Shown here in pieces: positions 1-10,565 of a stretch of DNA of 64,000 nt (positions are counted from its first letter, which is position 1; each line of letters begins with the position of its first letter). The stretch lies in the NCBI GenBank assembly GCA_963733675.1, contig CAVTET010000012.1, positions 32,001-96,000 of the forward strand. The letters run 5' to 3'. Position numbers and translations under genes: made by a program. Source of the stretch: an uncultured Methanosarcinaceae archaeon (GTDB taxonomy: Archaea > Halobacteriota > Methanosarcinia > Methanosarcinales > Methanosarcinaceae). Below the pieces are notes generated by a model that was not told the origin of the DNA, did not search any database, and saw only the letters and a program-made list of their open reading frames with translations.

Positions 1-923
1 ATAACAGAAAGGGACCGAATGCCCCCTACAAGCATTATAGGGATATTTACTGCTTTTTTTATTGCTTTAGAATATTCTCTAAAATATGCTTCTTCAGCTG
101 GAGAATTAATTGCGGTTCTTACAGTTGCTCCACCTGCCTCACTTATCCCTCCGCTAACTTCAATTGAGCACACTCCAGCTTTCTCCAGAAGTTTTGCAGT
201 CTCCACAACCTGCAAAATAGTAATTCCAAGCTCTGCTTTTTGCGAACCCGGCTTAAAACCATCCGTTGCATTCAATTTGACAAAAATAGGGAAATCAGAT
301 CCAGCTAGTTCTTTTATTCGCTTGACAATCTCTGTTACTATTCTTGCCCGATTTTCCACTGAGCCACCCCAGCGATCCGCTCTTCTATTTGTATAGGGGG
401 AAATGAAATTACTTAAAAGGAAGCCATGAGCACAATGAAGCTGTACGCCGTCAAAACCTGCTTTTTTTGCCCGGATAGCTGCTTTTGTAAAGGCCTCGAT
501 TACTTCCAGTATTTCCTGTTCAGTCATTTCGCTAGGTACAACTCCCGAGAGTTCATCTTTGATTTCCGAAGGAGCCATCAGGACCGGGTATTCTTCAAAA
601 ATTGCTGCCTGCCTCCCTCCATGCACTATCTGGAGTACAGTTTTGCTTCTGTACCTGTGCACCATTTCGGTTATCTTCATATAGGGTTCAATAAAAAGAT
701 CATCATAGATTCCTTGCTGGTAAATCACACTTTGCGCACTAGGAAGTACAGAGGAAAAGCCTGTTATGATCAACCCGACGTCATTTTTTGCAAGTTCCTC
801 GTAGAGATTGCCTAACTTTGAAGTGGGCTTTCCATCTTTTTCAGCCATGGATTCATGTGTTGCGGATCTTACAAATCGATTCTGAAGATCCATGTTGCAG
901 ATTGTGATAGGATCAAAAATCAT
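1..923 (-). CDS. NADH:flavin oxidoreductase (Old Yellow Enzyme family), 3' end outside window
   Basis: Manual translation from ATG at 923: MIFDPITICNMDLQNRFVRSATHE...AGFDGVQLHCAHGFLLSNFISPYTNRRADRWGGSVENRAR (OYE motifs). Open to the window edge, so absent from the ORF track. Confidence 0.92.
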   Translation of the reverse strand, partial: MIFDPITICNMDLQNRFVRSATHESMAEKDGKPTSKLGNLYEELAKNDVGLIITGFSSVLPSAQSVIYQQGIYDDLFIEPYMKITEMVHRYRSKTVLQIVHGGRQAAIFEEYPVLMAPSEIKDELSGVVPSEMTEQEILEVIEAFTKAAIRAKKAGFDGVQLHCAHGFLLSNFISPYTNRRADRWGGSVENRARIVTEIVKRIKELAGSDFPIFVKLNATDGFKPGSQKAELGITILQVVETAKLLEKAGVCSIEVSGGISEAGGATVRTAINSPAEEAYFREYSKAIKKAVNIPIMLVGGIRSLSV

Positions 924-1309
924 GGAAAATAGTAAGAGAGAGCAGGACAAATAATTATCCAGCATTCCTAAAAAAGAAAGTTTTTACCCAATAACTTTTT
1001 GATAACTCGATCATTCCATATAAGAAAACAAATTGAAGGCTTTCCATACCCGCCAATAAATGACTTAATCTCAGCTCTACAGTAGGTTTCTAATATTTCC
1101 TTGGTGGACATCCATCCTACTCAAAAAAAGGCTTAATTAGTTCCACATCTGTTAATTTGTTTATTGCAAAGTAATAGTAGGACAAAACCTTAGTTTTTGT
1201 GAAATTTCACAAGAAAAAAATGATCATTTACTTTAACTAAAATTTAATATAGTTAAATCTGGGAAATAAGAGCGAAAATATCTATCTTAAATAAAAATTT
1301 TTATTAGCT

Positions 1310-1520
1310 TAGGTGATCAGGTTGATCTTAGATGTCAAAAAGGTAATCTTTTGAGCTGCGGGGGGAAATGCCTACAGCTAGATCAGATATCGACTTGAGT
1401 ATATGGGGTTATACACCAGGTATAATTAAATTTAATTAATTATATACGTTTATTTATATATTATACGAACCTAAATTAATTAGTATTAACATTATGTGGT
1501 CCTGGTCTCGTGAATTATAA
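1310..1520. repeat. Dispersed repeat family B, copy 1 (hairpin with G-rich loop, sRNA-like)
   Basis: AAAAGGTAATCTTTTGAGCTGCGGGGGGAAATGCCTACAGCT; similar to 36580-36760 and 39737-39950. Confidence 0.7.
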
Positions 1521-2084
1521 TCTAGGGAAGCCTTTCCAGATAATCAATAAATCACGTCATCTCAGCCTCTAAAACACGTTTTTTGAGTGTTATCGAAGGG
1601 ATAACCTTACTAGACTCGAGAAAATGTCCTACACTGCCCTCACATGCGTTCTTAGCTGACTAGAGTCTATCCAAATGGTGAAAGTGGCATGGTGTATGAC
1701 TTATAATCGATCCACATCATCCGGCTACCGATTCTAATTATGTATTGTTTATTGTAGGACTAAGGACTTCGATTGTATTCTCTATCCATGAGTGTTTTTG
1801 GACAGTTATGTTCTACCTTACAATGCAACTTTTCTTAGCTTTTATCCTAATTCAGATTAAAAGTTCTTTCCTGAATAGCTTTTTCCAATTTAAAAATTTA
1901 TTGCATTTATGGAATTTTGAAAGTTCAGATAAATTTTAAAAATAATACCCAAATTTGTTTAATAAATTAAAAAATATAATTTTCAAGTAGGTAAATTTTA
2001 TTTATAAAGTGGAGTATTAATTCTTGTACATTTGTTTAGTTTTTTTCCATCGTTAATGTCTAAAACAATATCCTATGACTGAAT

Positions 2085-2636
2085 ATGAACACATCTAAAT
2101 GTGATGAAGCGAGTAGACTACATATATTCATAAGGTTTTTAGGAATCATTGCAGTGTTGTTTTTAATGCCAGTTAGTATCGCGGGCTGCGTGCCATTTGC
2201 AGGCATTCCAAACTCCAGAAGCAAGAATGCTTCTATATTAAACAAGTCCGATGATGTAATAGCAGCGTTTGACAAAGCAATTGAAAGCAACCCATAAAAT
2301 CCAGCCGGTTGGGGCAATAAATGATATGCACTATATAAATTAAATAAATCCGATGAAGCACTAAAAGCATTTGAAAAAGCAATTGAACTTAACCCGCAGG
2401 ATTTAGTGGCTTGGAGCAATAAAGGAGCTGTTCTGGCCCATTTAGGTAGGTTCGATGAATCAGTAACAGCACATATTAAAGGAATTGAAATCAACCCGCA
2501 ACTCAGAAGCTTGGTAGCTTATCCGATGGAACAATAAAAGTTTGTGACAAAGTAATTAAAATTGATCTGCAGGATTCAATAGCTTGGTTAGTAAAGGACC
2601 TTTATTTAAATAGATTAAATAAATCCAATTTGTAGA
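2085..2636 (+). pseudogene. Secreted TPR-repeat protein pseudogene
   Basis: Signal peptide, then TPR units (AFDKAIESNP*NPAGWGNK*YAL; AFEKAIELNPQDLVAWSNKGAVL) with in-frame stops and a later frameshift. Confidence 0.85.
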
Positions 2637-2749
2637 TTGAATAGCTACTTAATTTTTATTCAGGGATTTTGTTTGTTGGTAACTATTTAACCTACCAAAA
2701 ATCAGTTAATCGATATCTATTTTGATGCAATAGTTATTTTTTATCTAAT

Positions 2750-2983
2750 TTATTTGCCTTGTTGCATCATTTCCTTAATCTTTTGAACATCAGCTATAGC
2801 AGTTTTCTTTAACGAGATCATTTTTTCCAGATCACTGATTTTTATTTCCATCAATTTTATTATCATATCCATTCTCATTACTGCAACTTTCTTTTTCTGT
2901 TCTACTGTCAGAAGTTCCCACATTTCAACCATTGCAATCTGCATTATTGGACCCTTTTCTACCATTAAATGTTCTTTGCACAT
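2750..2983 (-). CDS. Small Met/Lys-rich helical hypothetical protein
   Basis: 77-aa ORF preceded by an AGGAGA Shine-Dalgarno (SD) motif; coiled-coil-like composition. Confidence 0.7.
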   Translation of the reverse strand: MCKEHLMVEKGPIMQIAMVEMWELLTVEQKKKVAVMRMDMIIKLMEIKISDLEKMISLKKTAIADVQKIKEMMQQGK

Positions 2984-3580
2984 GTTTTAAAATCTCCTTT
3001 CATAGATAATATTTTTTAAAAAATAAGGATTATTAAGAGAAAAAAATGAACTATATATTTAAATAGCCTTATCAGAAGAGTTTGTTTTTACGACTGGTTC
3101 AGCTGTCTTTTCTGCGTTAACGTTATCAGCTTTAGGTAATACTTTCGGATCTGACTTTATCATACTATATACCCCTTTCTAATTTAATATATATTATGCA
3201 GATTTGTTCGTAGTAATTGTTTTTACAGTATAGATATGTTGCAGCCTATATGTACCAATGTATTTTTTTAATTTCTTTTTGAGTCTATTTAAAAATACAC
3301 AGCTTAAGCTTATGATGAGCTTAATGTAATGAAGCCTTTAATTATTGTGAGAATTTAATCATTACGGAGAGATCTATTTGGAAGACTATAATGGAAATTT
3401 TTCTGATATTTTCTATTTATGATTGTCATTTAGTTTAATTAGTTCCAAGTGTTCCACTAGCTCTATATGCGCTATGAGTTCCAGAAGTTCCATGAGTAAT
3501 ACATTCATACCCTTTTCTTATTTTGTGTGGAACTCAGGAAATGCAGAGATTTTGCCACAAAAAAGCTATGTATCAAAAAC

Positions 3581-4433
3581 GGTTTCGTTGCAAAAAATCC
3601 TTTCTAATGATGCAATAGAATAAAACGAAAACCAAAGATAGTAATATGCTATCTAATTCCTTTAAATGGAAGCCTTATGAAGGAGAAATTATCCTATTGA
3701 ATGTAAGATGGTACTTAAAATACCCATTGAGCTATATAAATTTAAAGGAAATGATGATAGAAAGAGGAATTCAAGTTGATCACAGTACTATAATGAGATG
3801 GGTACATCAATATTCCCCTGAAATAGAAAAGAAAATAAGAAAATATTTAAGACCAACAAACGATTCGTAGAGAGTTGATGAAACCTATATCAAAATAAAA
3901 GGTAAATGGAAATATTTTTACCGAGCAGTTGACTCAAATGGAGATAAAATTGATTTTATGTTAAGTTCAAAACGAGATAGAAAGGCAGCGAAGAGATTCT
4001 TTAAGAAAGCTTTGAGTTCTAATAATAATCAAATTCCGAGAGTAATAACAGTTGATAAGAATCCAGCTTATCCACCTGCTATAGATGAACTGAAAAATGA
4101 TAACATACTACCTAAAAACGTAGGCATTCGACAAATCAAGTGTTTGAATAACATTATAGAACAAGATCATAGATCTATAAAGCGAATCGTTAATCCAATG
4201 TTAGGATTTCAGTCTTTTCGGTCTGCTAATAAAACTTTAAAAGGAATTGAAGCTATGAATATGATCAAAAAAGGACAAGTCAATAATTTAAATTACTCGA
4301 TTCTTAATGAAGTCAAATACATTAATCAGTTGTTTGGTATTATTTTATAATGTTAGTACATTTTCCTTAAATATTTTGATTTTTTTATACGCATAGATTT
4401 ACATGCTAATTTTGAAGTTTTTGCAACGGAACC
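3581..4433 (+). mobile_element. IS6-family insertion sequence; transposase 3646-4350 interrupted only by an in-frame TAG at 3868-3870
   Basis: Terminal inverted repeats (TIRs) GGTTTCGTTGCAAAA / TTTTGCAACGGAACC; DDE motifs DETY, TVDKNPAY, NNIIEQDHR; both ORF pieces are in the same frame. Confidence 0.95.
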
Positions 4434-4657
4434 CAATTTGTTTCACTTATTGTAAGATTACTGTGAGTTAAAGGGCATAAAGAGTACTTGAAACGCGTGA
4501 ATAAAATCAATAAGTCACTGATATCCATTTTATTACTTTTATAATATAAGATATATATCATTTATAAGTTTATGACGAAATTTAGGCTTTTTATCAAAAT
4601 GTTCTATAATTAGAAATTATTTAAATAAAAATAACCAAATGCTGGAATTGAGAGGAA

Positions 4658-5146
4658 ATGAAAACAAATAAACAAAAAGTAATAGTCTCACTGATTGTAG
4701 TTATTATAATAGCGTTTATACCCCTAGGAGCAGCAGCTCCTGCAGGGATATCAGAATCTGCAGTATTAGAAGCCGCAAAAAGTTGGATTGGAGTTGAATC
4801 CATTCACGGAGGCAGTGATAGATCGGGCATTGATTGTTCTCACTTAGTATATCAAATATACAAAAAAATCGGAGCCAAAAGTATAATCTTACAAACTGTG
4901 CCAAATATGAAAAAAAATGCATATTATATTAACATAAGCTCTCCAACTCCTGGAGACGTGATCTTTTGGGAAAAGGATGTCACTAAGAATGACAAAAAAT
5001 ATTGGCTTTCCGTTCATGTAGGAATATACATCGGAAACGGGCAATTTATACACACGTCTTATGACACAAAAAAAGTTTCCATAGATAATATCAATGGTCC
5101 TTATCAAGATGGAATGCCATACTTCGCAAGATGGTCACATACTTAG
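4658..5146 (+). CDS. Secreted NlpC/P60 (C40) family peptidase
   Basis: N-terminal signal peptide; GIDCSHL, PGDVIFW and HVGIYIGNGQFIH supply a Cys-His-His triad. Confidence 0.9.
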   Translation: MKTNKQKVIVSLIVVIIIAFIPLGAAAPAGISESAVLEAAKSWIGVESIHGGSDRSGIDCSHLVYQIYKKIGAKSIILQTVPNMKKNAYYINISSPTPGDVIFWEKDVTKNDKKYWLSVHVGIYIGNGQFIHTSYDTKKVSIDNINGPYQDGMPYFARWSHT

Positions 5147-6470
5147 AAGATTCCATTTACTTTTTTTTCTTTGAAGGAATCTCATCCAAGTCTTTCCAGC
5201 AAATTTTTGTATTTGCCCTTATTTTTTCTCGTCTCGTTCAAAATTCATTTATTTCAAAGATTCTTCCACTATCTTGTACTGGGTGTGGTATATGGGACGT
5301 TTGAAGTGTCAAAAAACTTATGAAATATAAATATTTTATTATGTTACAGATTTTATTTTAATTGGAAAGCACCTTTCGATGAATTTGAATAAGATCTTAT
5401 TTGAGAAAAGTATCAAATTTTATCTTAAAACCTGATAGTAGCATAGTAAATACTCAAGCAAAAATTACTTCTGTCAATATTCTCAAGTTACCGAATTATT
5501 AAGAGATTAATATTAACAATATACACTATATAAAACATTATTTTAAATACTAAGTATTTAGAAAGTGGTATTGATAAGCTGTTGCTGTGCTGTGACATTA
5601 ATGTAGAAAAAAAGTAAATAATGTATCAAAACAGTTAATGATCAAATAATTTATTGTTAGATTCTAAAATTAGTCTAGCTTGTATTCTAAATGTATTGCA
5701 TTGTGAAAAATTTGTAGAATTGGATGAGGCTTTAATATTCGGCAGAACAAATTAACAAGTTAGAACAGGGGAAACGATGGTCAAAAAAAGGAATAAAAGC
5801 AATTTGGTGAATACTAGAACAAAACTTATAATTCCATGCAAAAATGGAGGGGTATGTATAAAAAACCCTAAAAATACAGCAGATATAATTTGCAAAGGAT
5901 GTGAAAGAGAAACAATATGATAAAACATTGCTATTATGGTATGAGCTTCTTAGGTTTGTTTTAAATTCAGTGCAAAGACATTTCTTCAAAAATTATTGTT
6001 TCCTCACAGCATGCACTTAGTAACACGAAAACATGATTTACATAATACTCAAAAGATACTAAAATTGAGTTTCGATATAATATTTAAACTACATGAAGTT
6101 TCACCACAAATACGACTATTTGAAATTAGTTCATATGTGCCAGCAAACTTAAGTATTACAAATCTTATACGATTAGATTTTTTTGTCTTCTTGAATTATT
6201 TGCACCACATTATAATTATCCAAAATTTTAACTGTTCATATTAAGCATCATTTGTATTAAATTAAATCACTTTTGTACCAAAAACCATCTTTTTGCTTCA
6301 GCTAACACTTTGCGAATAGATATTAACAGTAGTTTGAAATCAGTATTTAATTAGGACTATTGAAAATAATTTAGTAGACCTATGCTAAATCTGTAGTTGA
6401 GTTTCCCATTTTCTTTGAATTTAACTTTTCAAGTGCAGTAGTCTCCAAATTTGTTCAGAAAACCTCATTT

Positions 6471-7346
6471 TTACATCAATCCCAGTCCTGGGCCTAAGTT
6501 TGGAATTATCCCAAACAAAAAAATGTTTATCAAGCCATTAATCATTATTACAAATGGAAGGTTCTTGGTTCTATAAAAGCAATAGCCAAGAAAACCCCCT
6601 ACAAGGGAAGCAAATACCATTTCGAAGGGAGTGCCGTAACTAGAGTGCATTATTCCAAAAAGAAGGCTTGCTAGAAGGATTCCACCTGTCGACCCTACGA
6701 ACTTTTCCAGCCTTTTTTGGAGGATCGCCCTGAAAATAAATTCCTCTATCAGACCTACTATAAATATCATTATGATTATAAATAAAAGTACATTTGCCGG
6801 AGAGATGTCTTGGATAAGGGATCTGTTTCCAATTACCATATATTCTGCTTCCCCAAAAACCAGGCCTGCAAGGATGGCTAGAGGCACCTGACTCAATATT
6901 TTTTTAAGAGTATCTTCTTTTTTCTTAAATGTGATTTTCTGATGGTTGATAGCGATTACTAAAGGAATTGTCAGGGGTGCATAAATGAATACAAAAGAGT
7001 AAAGATTAATCTCGGAAAAAATTGGCATTGAAAGGTTTACCAGTCGAAAAATTGGCAAAAGCAGAAAAGCCTGGTGAATTTCGCGTACTTCCTGTTTTTT
7101 CATAACTGTGGTAGAAAATGAAAGGATCAATAGAAGAAAGGTGTAAGCTATAGCAGCCTCTTCTAACCTTCCTTCGAAAATCAACAGTTCGGAAAAAATG
7201 ATCACAATTATAGGGGTCCCTGCGTAGAACATCTTTTTCAAGAATCCGATCTTTTCTTCGGTTAAAATTTCAAAGGTTTTTACTAGTTCCGGCAAAGTGA
7301 TATTTCCTACTTCTATCTCAGACGGTGAAGAGTCTGCTGATACCAT
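6471..7346 (-). CDS. CPBP-family intramembrane glutamic endopeptidase (CAAX protease-like)
   Basis: Multiple TM helices; EEFIFR and FGIMH motifs. Confidence 0.88.
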   Translation of the reverse strand: MVSADSSPSEIEVGNITLPELVKTFEILTEEKIGFLKKMFYAGTPIIVIIFSELLIFEGRLEEAAIAYTFLLLILSFSTTVMKKQEVREIHQAFLLLPIFRLVNLSMPIFSEINLYSFVFIYAPLTIPLVIAINHQKITFKKKEDTLKKILSQVPLAILAGLVFGEAEYMVIGNRSLIQDISPANVLLFIIIMIFIVGLIEEFIFRAILQKRLEKFVGSTGGILLASLLFGIMHSSYGTPFEMVFASLVGGFLGYCFYRTKNLPFVIMINGLINIFLFGIIPNLGPGLGLM

Positions 7347-7348
7347 TT

Positions 7349-8236
7349 TCAGGTCTCCTTAGCAACGTTAATCCAAAGATGCAGATTTCTATAAGGCGTT
7401 TGCTTTTCGGTTTCATTAAACAGAAGAAATTCTAGCTTCATATTATTTCCTTTGAAGGGTGGGATGAAAGTTACTGGTTCAATCCATGACATATTATGTG
7501 CAATGCTTATTTGTTTTTGGTCCTCTGGAAGACGCAGAGATTGATTTTCAAGTCTTATTTCCATTGTATAATCTACTGGCCTGTATTCGTGATTTACTAT
7601 TCCTACAATAACGGTCTCATTTTTTCCCAGTACTAAATCTGTAGGATAGCCATCTGCTGTTTTGTTAGCTCCAAGGATGTAAAACTCGGTAAAGTGCTCT
7701 CTCTCTTTTTGATTTCCGATTATGTGGGCCAAACCGACAACAGAGGTAAGGATTAAAAGGACCAGGAGAACTGCAAAAACTCTGTCAATTTTGGATTCGG
7801 GCTTTTTCATGATTTCGGTTTTCATTCTCAGGAAAAAATCTTTGAATGGAACTTCAAAAGTCTCTTCTTCTGGCAACAAGCTTCTCCTATGGTATGCAAT
7901 TGCGCACATTAGGAGTATGAAAACCGAAAGACTAGTCAGTAGAGTAATTTCCTGGATTCCCCATATAGTATAGTTCAGTACAAGTCCCATTATTGGGACT
8001 ATTGCAATACTAAGTCCAAGGGAGATTACAGCTCTCTCAATTCCCTCTAGGTCTTTTTTTGCCGGGAAGATGGCTCCAGTCAGGGCATAACCTGGCACGA
8101 AAAGCACTAGTAGAATGCCTAAATATGTGCGTAGGAAGCTTCCATTAAGCGCAGGCACAAGCACTAAGATATCAATAAAAAATACAAGACCTGTAACGAG
8201 GAGCAGATCCTTAGGAGTTTGTCTTCTTTCTGCCAT
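7349..8236 (-). CDS. DUF1616 domain membrane protein
   Basis: LFVPGYAL...LEGIERAVISLGLSIAI and FTEFYILG...YPT motifs; ATG at 8236 after GGTGA. Confidence 0.85.
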   Translation of the reverse strand: MAERRQTPKDLLLVTGLVFFIDILVLVPALNGSFLRTYLGILLVLFVPGYALTGAIFPAKKDLEGIERAVISLGLSIAIVPIMGLVLNYTIWGIQEITLLTSLSVFILLMCAIAYHRRSLLPEEETFEVPFKDFFLRMKTEIMKKPESKIDRVFAVLLVLLILTSVVGLAHIIGNQKEREHFTEFYILGANKTADGYPTDLVLGKNETVIVGIVNHEYRPVDYTMEIRLENQSLRLPEDQKQISIAHNMSWIEPVTFIPPFKGNNMKLEFLLFNETEKQTPYRNLHLWINVAKET

Positions 8237-8683
8237 CTTCACCACTGCTATAATTTTTTATAATCTATCTTCTTTGAATTTATACTTATTTACTTACTCC
8301 ATTAATTTGATATCCTTTGCAACTTTTTCGAAACATACTTATCTTTTCAGGTGTTCATGTTACAACAAAATAGGGGATGATCTGCTTTTAGATCATATAA
8401 AAGATATATATAGTATTATTTTCGATTATGAAATTTCAATTCCGAGTTAGATAAACTCATTCTATCATGTTCTTGTTTTTATCTCTACATTAGTTATCTG
8501 CTATAATTTTTTTTGTATTTATCTTTTTTAAACATAGGTAGTTCTAATATGAAAATTTTTTCATTGATTGATGTATTCACATCCGGAGTTATTTTTGGCA
8601 TATTCCAAAATATTTCCACTCCATCCATAAATTTCAGGACAAGCATAGAAAATTTTATTATGTAGTTCCCCTTTCCTGAAAGC

Positions 8684-9580
8684 ATGAAAGTATTGGTTAC
8701 AGGGGGAGCAGGTTTTATAGGCTCCCATATAGCTGAGTATTTTGCAGAAACCGGGCATACTGTCAGAATCATAGATAACCTTGCTACTGGTTTTATCTCA
8801 AATATTGTACAGTCTGAAAATATAAAGTTTATTCAGGGAGACATATGTGATTATGTTTCAGTTGAAAAAGCAGTTTCTGGAATGGACTATGTTTTCCATG
8901 AAGCAGCTCTTGTATCCGTACCTCTAAGCTGCGAAAGACCTGCTGAGGCTTTCCGGGTCAACACTCTTGGAACACTCAATGTGTTACAGGCCTGCGTTAA
9001 AGCTGAAGTTGATAAATTTGTAACTGCATCTTCAGCTGCTGTTTATGGAAACAACCCGATCCTTCCAAAAAGTGAAGATATGTATCCTGAGCCGACTTCT
9101 CCTTATGCTATTGCAAAACTCGACGGGGAGTACTTGGCAAGGATGTTTTATAAGGATCAGGGGCTTAGAACAACTTGCTTGCGTTACTTCAATGTTTACG
9201 GTCCTCGTCAAAACCCTACATCTCAATATGCAGCTGTTATTCCTCTTTTTCTGGATAGGGCACGTGAAGGAAAAGACCTTGTTATCTATGGGGATGGGTT
9301 TCAAAGTCGGGATTTCGTGCATGTCAAAGATGTAGTCAGAGCAAATGCTTTAGCACTTGAATATGGGGATGGACAGGTCTTCAATGTGGCTATGGGGAAA
9401 AGCGTGACAGTTCGCGAGCTTGCTGAAAATATTATTAAGCTTACTGAATCTCCTAGCAGGATGGTACATGTGGCTCCAAGAGCAGGTGATGTTCGGGATT
9501 CAAGGGCAGATGTTTCAAAAATTTCTACCTGGTGGAAGGGGGAAATCGAATTGTATGAAGGGTTAAAAAGTCTTATTTAA
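8684..9580 (+). CDS. NAD-dependent epimerase/dehydratase (extended SDR, UDP-sugar epimerase-like)
   Basis: TGGAGFIGSH, SSAAVYG, YAIAK (YxxxK), RYFNVYGPRQ. Confidence 0.93.
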   Translation: MKVLVTGGAGFIGSHIAEYFAETGHTVRIIDNLATGFISNIVQSENIKFIQGDICDYVSVEKAVSGMDYVFHEAALVSVPLSCERPAEAFRVNTLGTLNVLQACVKAEVDKFVTASSAAVYGNNPILPKSEDMYPEPTSPYAIAKLDGEYLARMFYKDQGLRTTCLRYFNVYGPRQNPTSQYAAVIPLFLDRAREGKDLVIYGDGFQSRDFVHVKDVVRANALALEYGDGQVFNVAMGKSVTVRELAENIIKLTESPSRMVHVAPRAGDVRDSRADVSKISTWWKGEIELYEGLKSLI

Positions 9581-9960
9581 ATGGTTATAATAGCAGTTTA
9601 ATTTGAGGATTAAAAAGAACTTTTTCTCCTTGACTAAGCAACTTTCTTGGCTGGGCAGCAGCTAACTCACGCAGCTCGAAATCAAGTTATTCTTTATTTT
9701 TGGAACGTTGTTTTATAAATAAAGTTAAGGTTAATTCTCTAAACTCCTAAATTTCGTTCTGCACTTATATGCGGTGTATAGATATTTCTTGAAATCAAAA
9801 GTTTATCGAATCCTCTTAAAAAAGACTTGATGTTTTTTACCTGTTAGAATTTTTTTCATGGATTATGTCCCTTTTTTTTCATTGTATTCATGCAAATAAT
9901 GGAGGCTATAGGTAACCCTACGAAGAAGTTGGCAACTTCAATTTTTTTTGATTTCGTTTC

Positions 9961-10030
9961 AGTTGAGTACCCTGCAAATTGCTGCGGGATGGAACCCCTT
10001 CCAAGAATCTTTATTAACTAATGGATTTAT
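9961..10030 (+). mobile_element. IS200/IS605-type end hairpin remnant
   Basis: AGTTGAGTACCCTGCAAATTGCTGCGGG...TCTTTATTAACTA resembles 48597-48660, which precedes a tnpA remnant. Confidence 0.45.
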
Positions 10031-10324
10031 ATTTCAAACAACTTGCATACTATTGAAAACTGGGCCTTATTGATGCAAATCATTGCAGCTACAAAACGAC
10101 ATGAAATTTTTCGAATAACATGCACAAATAAATGAAAGTACTTCCCACATTACTTTTTTGAGGCACTACCGAAAGTTCTGTAGAATATTATTTACTCTAT
10201 ACCCCTTTTCCAGTCACTACAAAAAATAGTGGTTTTTATTAAAACACGGGTTATGTTAGAAAGCCTAAAAGTTGCTATATTTGTCTCGTGAAGGATAAAA
10301 ATAACTGAAAATTAAGTGATTATT

Positions 10325-10565
10325 CAATCTACAAATCGGGTTTATTTAATCTATTTAGATAACGTTCCTTGCCTTTCAAGGTTGTTGAATCCCGCGGGTT
10401 AATTTCAATTGCTTTGTCATATGCTTTTATTGATTCATCATACTTGTTTAAAACAGAAACATTGTTGCTGCTAGAGTTTGGAACACCTGCAAATGGCTCC
10501 GTGCTTATATGACACTCACTAGCATTAAAAGCGCCAGCGCAATGATTCCTAAACCCATTATGTGG
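10325..10565 (-). pseudogene. Internally deleted paralogue of the TPR gene at 2085
   Basis: Reverse complement encodes PFAGVPNSSSNNVSVLNKYDESIKAYDKAIEINP and shares the 3' tail (AAATAGATTAAATAAA...TTTGTAGATTGAATA) with 2610-2642. Confidence 0.8.

Noticed and set aside
19-815. Plus-strand ORFs of 125 and 129 aa
   Set aside because: Antisense shadows of the flavin oxidoreductase on the minus strand
5144-5323. Open frame after the TAG stop of NlpC/P60 (possible Pyl extension)
   Set aside because: The domain is complete at the stop, a T-rich terminator-like run follows, and the extension has no recognisable features
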